Shown: one piece after another, positions 16,371 through 20,000 of the stretch
How the letters are laid out: each line of letters opens with the position of its first letter
Position numbering within the stretch: the stretch's first letter is position 1
Origin: an uncultured virus (IMG/VR IMGVR_UViG_3300022929_002303)
Lineage: Duplodnaviria > Heunggongvirae > Uroviricota > Caudoviricetes
IMG/VR virus record: IMGVR_UViG_3300022929_002303
DNA: 20,000 nucleotides
Direction: 5' to 3' (one strand)
The notes under the pieces: model-generated
Database searches by the model: none
What the model saw: the letters and a program-made list of their open reading frames with translations, nothing else
Told to the model about the DNA's origin: nothing
Position numbers and translations under genes: made by a program

Positions 16371-16607
16371 ATGGCAGGTCCACAATTTCCTGATATAGAT
16401 GATATCATGTCTCGTATCCGCAAGATGAATATCGAAATGACTTCACCTTATAATGATGGATATGTTTCATGGGGTATTAAACAAGACTTATATCTACTTA
16501 AGTTCTTTTTAGACAAAGTTATTGCAGATGCGCCTGAGTTTGTTGGGGAAGAGCAATGGTTAAAAGATAAAGAAGAAGAAATAATTATGGAGATTTTAAA
16601 GAAGTGA
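16371..16607 (+). CDS. Hypothetical phage protein (paralog of 1450..1671)
   Basis: Operon-coupled ORF with ungapped similarity to 1450..1671. Confidence 0.75.
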   Translation: MAGPQFPDIDDIMSRIRKMNIEMTSPYNDGYVSWGIKQDLYLLKFFLDKVIADAPEFVGEEQWLKDKEEEIIMEILKK

Positions 16608-17059
16608 TATTTAATAAAATCAGACAACTTAAAGATGAAGGCAAGACTATTGGTATTACGTTTAGTACATTTGATTTACTACATGCCGGTCACATTGCAA
16701 TGTTGTCAGAAGCAAAAAATCATTGTGATTATTTAATTGCAGGATTACAAACTGATCCAACAATAGATCGGCCTGACGAAAAGAATCCGCCTATACAATC
16801 AATTGTAGAACGTCAAATACAATTAGCGGCTACAAGATATGTAGACGAAATAGTAATCTATCAAACAGAACAAGACTTGAGAGATTTACTTTTAGTCTTG
16901 CCACTAGATGTAAGAATCATCGGTGTTGAATATAAAGAACAGGAGTTCTCTGGCAAAGAAATTTGCAATGCTAGAGATATTAAAGTAATATATAATGGCA
17001 GAGATCATAGTTTTAGTTCCTCGTCATTACGCAAACGAGTAGCAGAGGGAGAAAAATGA
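16604..17059 (+). CDS. Cytidylyltransferase (TagD/glycerol-3-phosphate cytidylyltransferase-like)
   Basis: STFDLLHAGH, LIAGLQTD, ER...RYVDEI, SSSSLR; GTG start with GGAG RBS. Confidence 0.85.
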   Translation: MIFNKIRQLKDEGKTIGITFSTFDLLHAGHIAMLSEAKNHCDYLIAGLQTDPTIDRPDEKNPPIQSIVERQIQLAATRYVDEIVIYQTEQDLRDLLLVLPLDVRIIGVEYKEQEFSGKEICNARDIKVIYNGRDHSFSSSSLRKRVAEGEK

Positions 17060-17589
17060 AGTTACCGAAGTTTTTAAACAAATCAAAAAAAGTAAAAATG
17101 CCTGAACTTGATTTCGGCAAAGGGAAATATCTATCAACTAAGACATATGGAAACGATAGAGGATTCTCTTGTTGTTTTAGACAATGGCGTGCAACGCATT
17201 CACATTGTTCGTTGTTACATGGTTATTCTTTAGGATTTAAACTTGTTTTTGAATGTGATTCACTTGATGAACGTAACTGGGTTATGGACTTTGGTGGTTT
17301 AAAAGAACTTAAAGACTGGTTAGAAGATCATTTTGATCACACCATTGTTGTAGCAAAAGATGATCCTGAGATCGGACAGTTCAGGGCATTACAAAAACGT
17401 GGCTTAGCAAAAGTCAAGGTATTCGACAATGTAGGATCAGAAAAGTTTGCTGAAGAAGTATTTAGGCAAATGACTATTATCATTGAACGATCAAAGTATG
17501 AAGGCAAAGCCCTTAATAACACTGTAAGAGTTAAAAGTGTTGAAGTGTTTGAACATGATGCCAACTCAGCAATTTACGAGAGAGAATAA
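17056..17589 (+). CDS. queD: 6-carboxy-5,6,7,8-tetrahydropterin synthase (QueD/PTPS family)
   Basis: HSHCSLLHGY, LDERNWVMDFGGLK, FDHT, SEKFAE, VEVFEH..NSA. Confidence 0.88.
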   Translation: MKLPKFLNKSKKVKMPELDFGKGKYLSTKTYGNDRGFSCCFRQWRATHSHCSLLHGYSLGFKLVFECDSLDERNWVMDFGGLKELKDWLEDHFDHTIVVAKDDPEIGQFRALQKRGLAKVKVFDNVGSEKFAEEVFRQMTIIIERSKYEGKALNNTVRVKSVEVFEHDANSAIYERE

Positions 17590-17672
17590 TGGATTTATCT
17601 ACCGCATTACTAGCAGTTATTTTATTAGCAGTAATGTATTGGCTTAACAATAATAACAGACCGAGGTTTTAA
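17589..17672 (+). CDS. 27-aa membrane peptide (not in ORF track)
   Basis: MDLSTALLAVILLAVMYWLNNNNRPRF; TAATG-coupled to queD and ends just before the next ATG at 17674. Confidence 0.5.
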   Translation: MDLSTALLAVILLAVMYWLNNNNRPRF

Positions 17673-17673
17673 T

Positions 17674-17928
17674 ATGGCTGTAGGACAAACAATGTCATTT
17701 GCCACTATACCCAGAGATAGACTTGTATCTATCTGTCAGAGTTCAAACAAAGCAGATGTATTTGAAGATATCTTAAAAACACACCCTCAGATCTCCAGAG
17801 AGCGCCTTATAGAACGATTGACAGATCAAGGTATTGATGATACACAAAGAATTTTAAAAGATTTAGACGATTATATTGAACTGCATAATGCAGGACTGTC
17901 TAGTGCTATAGGTATTTTAGGTTTATAA
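17674..17928 (+). CDS. Hypothetical protein
   Basis: 84-aa ORF with GAGG RBS. Confidence 0.7.
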   Translation: MAVGQTMSFATIPRDRLVSICQSSNKADVFEDILKTHPQISRERLIERLTDQGIDDTQRILKDLDDYIELHNAGLSSAIGILGL

Positions 17929-18071
17929 TGTTAGAAATTATAGGCTTTTTTACTATAGCATATCTTGTTATCAAGTTCTTTCCAGAGATACTTGAAGCAG
18001 TATTTAAATTTTCAGTTATTATAATAGGCTTATCATTCTTTTTAATTTTGATGGCCTTGCTTTTTAACTAA
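17928..18071 (+). CDS. 47-aa two-helix membrane protein (not in ORF track)
   Basis: MLEIIGFFTIAYLVIKFFPEILEAVFKFSVIIIGLSFFLILMALLFN; TAATG-coupled. Confidence 0.55.
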   Translation: MLEIIGFFTIAYLVIKFFPEILEAVFKFSVIIIGLSFFLILMALLFN

Positions 18072-18106
18072 TAAATATAATAGTAGCATATTATAGGAGA
18101 AGAAAA

Positions 18107-18460
18107 ATGGCAGAGAAAAAAACAACAAAAAAGAAAGCACCTGCTAAAAAGCCGGTTGCTAAAAAAACTGTTGCTAAAAAATCTAAAAAACTAACGTTAG
18201 ATACTTTTCCTTTTGATGAATTATTAAAGATTTGTAAAAAGGATGAAGTAGTTGCAGAGAAAATGCAACAACTTATCAGTGATTATTCATTTGAGAAAGA
18301 TCAAGCCGAACGTGAAAGATGTATAACTATTGCGTATGGTAACTGGGCTAAAGTCAATTATGACGTAGACGGTGATGGTCATGTAGATGAAAAAGAACTT
18401 GACGGTAACAAACATGCAGATAAGATTTTAAAAGCAATTAACAAAAAGATTAATGAATAA
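18107..18460 (+). CDS. Protein with histone-H1-like K/A-rich N-terminus and an EF-hand-like loop
   Basis: MAEKKTTKKKAPAKKPVAKKTVAKKSKK; DVDGDGHVDEKE; AGGAG RBS; ATAAATA late-like box at 18071-18077. Confidence 0.7.
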   Translation: MAEKKTTKKKAPAKKPVAKKTVAKKSKKLTLDTFPFDELLKICKKDEVVAEKMQQLISDYSFEKDQAERERCITIAYGNWAKVNYDVDGDGHVDEKELDGNKHADKILKAINKKINE

Positions 18461-18653
18461 AATTATTAGAGCAACCATAACAATTGAAGTACCTTATGAC
18501 AACGAGTTACTAAATTACGGATCTAAATTAGATCAAAAACTTAGAGAAGTTATAGACAGAACCAAACATTTAAGTTGTAGTGTTCAAGCAGGTAATTTAG
18601 AACCTAGTACTGAACCAGTTTTAGAAAGATTAAAGACTAAGGAGAATGTATGA
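18453..18653 (+). CDS. Hypothetical protein
   Basis: 66-aa ORF overlapping both neighbours in operon fashion. Confidence 0.6.
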   Translation: MNKIIRATITIEVPYDNELLNYGSKLDQKLREVIDRTKHLSCSVQAGNLEPSTEPVLERLKTKENV

Positions 18654-18820
18654 GAGAATCAAAAATAGTTACTGAAGAAGTTTACGTAGTTGAACTTATC
18701 GAAAATGGCGAAGTAAAGGAAAGAAGGTACCTTCCAGGCAAGTCAAAGTATTATGCAGAAGACTGTGCTGAAAATTGGACTAACGGCGTTATAAAGGAAG
18801 CAAATGAACAAACGGCTTAG
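18650..18820 (+). CDS. 56-aa hypothetical phage protein (not in ORF track)
   Basis: MRESKIVTEEVYVVELIENGEVKERRYLPGKSKYYAEDCAENWTNGVIKEANEQTA; AAGGAG RBS; ATGA overlap. Confidence 0.7.
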   Translation: MRESKIVTEEVYVVELIENGEVKERRYLPGKSKYYAEDCAENWTNGVIKEANEQTA

Positions 18821-19361
18821 TATCGGTGACGTAAAAAACGCCGTACAAGAAATCCTAAGGCAAATGCACTTAGATAATTTTAGACCTGATTATGTAGTAG
18901 GTATTACAAGGGGAGGTTTACTTCCTGCTAAGATGATATCACATTATCTTAAAGTTCCCATGCACACATTAGATATATCATTACGTGATAATGTTCAAGG
19001 AGGACCAGAGAGTAATCTATGGATGCCTTGTGATGCGTTTGGTGCAGTTGATCCAAACGATGTTCCAGTATTTAAAAATAGATGGGACGCAACTAAACGC
19101 AAAAACATTCTTATTGTAGAAGACATCAATGACAGTGGTGCAACTCTTAATTGGATTAAACAAGACTGGGAACAATCTTGTTTTCCAAACGAAAGACATA
19201 CATGGAACATTGTTTGGAAAAACAATGTTAAGTTCGCAGTTCTTGTAAACAATGAAGCAAGTCAATTCGATGGAGTTGACTATCAATATGAATCGATCAA
19301 TCGACTAGAAACTCCTGATCTTTGGCTAGACTTCCCTTGGGAAAGTTGGTGGTTAGATTAG
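18804..19361 (+). CDS. Type I phosphoribosyltransferase (xanthine/guanine PRT-like)
   Basis: VVGITRGGLLPA, PRPP-binding loop ILIVEDINDSGAT, C-terminal WLDFPWE. Confidence 0.88.
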   Translation: MNKRLSIGDVKNAVQEILRQMHLDNFRPDYVVGITRGGLLPAKMISHYLKVPMHTLDISLRDNVQGGPESNLWMPCDAFGAVDPNDVPVFKNRWDATKRKNILIVEDINDSGATLNWIKQDWEQSCFPNERHTWNIVWKNNVKFAVLVNNEASQFDGVDYQYESINRLETPDLWLDFPWESWWLD

Positions 19362-19362
19362 G

Positions 19363-19391
19363 TTGACTTTACTATCAATAGGTGATATAAT
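19363..19391 (+). promoter_or_regulatory. sigma70-type promoter with extended -10
   Basis: TTGACT-N17-TATAAT with TGn directly before the -10; ATG at 19398 follows 6 nt later. Confidence 0.75.
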
Positions 19392-19397
19392 ATGATA

Positions 19398-19562
19398 ATG
19401 GAAATACTAGAATTTATTTTTGTTTTAATTATTACAGTGGGCATGGGTTACTTTGCTTACATGAGTAGTGTAATGGTATCAGAAAAGAAAGCAAGGTATA
19501 GAGCAGGTACGCATGACTATTATGATAACCCTATTGAGGACGTAGATGACACTAAAGTATAG
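19398..19562 (+). CDS. 54-aa single-pass membrane protein (not in ORF track)
   Basis: MEILEFIFVLIITVGMGYFAYMSSVMVSEKKARYRAGTHDYYDNPIEDVDDTKV, directly downstream of the promoter. Confidence 0.55.
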   Translation: MEILEFIFVLIITVGMGYFAYMSSVMVSEKKARYRAGTHDYYDNPIEDVDDTKV

Positions 19563-20000
19563 TGAAACATTCTTTTCAGCACAAGGTGAAGGTCAATACG
19601 TAGGCATCCCGTCATTATGGATGCGATTCTTTTTATGTAATTTACAATGCAATGGTTTTGGTCAAAAGGATCCAACTGATCCCAGTACATATGATTTGCC
19701 TTATGAAAAGATTGACATTACAAATATCGATAATGTATTTGATCTTCCTGTATTTGATAAAGGATGTGACAGTTCATACACATGGAGTAAGAAGTTTAAG
19801 CATCTTATCACAGATAAAACTGTAACAGAAGCAGTAGACGAACTTACAGCACTGTTGCCACATGGTAAGTTCATGCACCCTGCTACACAACAAGAAGCAC
19901 ATATGGTATTCACAGGTGGCGAGCCAATGCTTAAGAACACACAACCAGGCATGATGCAAGTTATAGACGAGTTCAAACGTAGAGATAACATGCCAATGAA
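19546..20000 (+). CDS. queE: 7-carboxy-7-deazaguanine synthase (radical SAM), 3'-truncated by the window edge (not in ORF track)
   Basis: MTLKYSETFFSAQGEGQYVGIPSLWMRFFLCNLQC...GCDSSYTW...VFTGGEPM; GAGGA RBS; open to the window end. Confidence 0.9.
   Translation, partial: MTLKYSETFFSAQGEGQYVGIPSLWMRFFLCNLQCNGFGQKDPTDPSTYDLPYEKIDITNIDNVFDLPVFDKGCDSSYTWSKKFKHLITDKTVTEAVDELTALLPHGKFMHPATQQEAHMVFTGGEPMLKNTQPGMMQVIDEFKRRDNMPM

Noticed and set aside
516..19991. Other short overlapping ORFs in the track (e.g. 516..758, 2504..2743, 3840..4034, 4097..4279, 4614..4814, 6762..7076, 9098..9337, 9306..9500, 9597..9812, 10120..10380, 11425..11637, 13979..14188, 15501..15734, 17337..17564, 18995..19252, 19017..19286, 19701..19991, 19774..19959)
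   Set aside because: They overlap well-supported genes in another frame or strand and show no recognisable motifs.
1..20000. tRNA/rRNA genes, CRISPR arrays, IS elements, integrase, alternative genetic code
   Set aside because: Intergenic gaps are short, with no cloverleaf, spaced repeats or transposase motifs seen by eye. Conserved genes read through intact, and TAA, TAG and TGA are all used as stops.

Overview
AT-rich segment of a large tailed dsDNA phage genome, most likely a T4-superfamily-like myovirus, possibly marine. Support: family-B DNA polymerase, probable sliding clamp, DsbA-like protein, T4-type late boxes (TATAAATA/TAAATA) next to sigma70 promoters, and dense co-oriented small ORFs. 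Downstream of polB lies a 7-deazaguanine DNA-modification locus: a TGT-fold DpdA-like transglycosylase, FolE, QueD, QueE (runs off the window, absent from the ORF track) and a second QueD-like T-fold protein with the LxxxHRHxF motif (DpdL-like). No queC is seen in the window. The locus is interleaved with a GT-B glycosyltransferase, two nucleotidyltransferases (one fused to a histone-H1-like tail and a sugar-isomerase cupin), GMP reductase and a purine phosphoribosyltransferase. This suggests a possibly undescribed extension of the pathway (sugar-decorated or pre-replicatively made deazaguanine). A predicted lipoprotein with an ordered set of GH7-cellulase-like motifs is the other standout. 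All assignments come from motif recognition by eye; no database searches were run.
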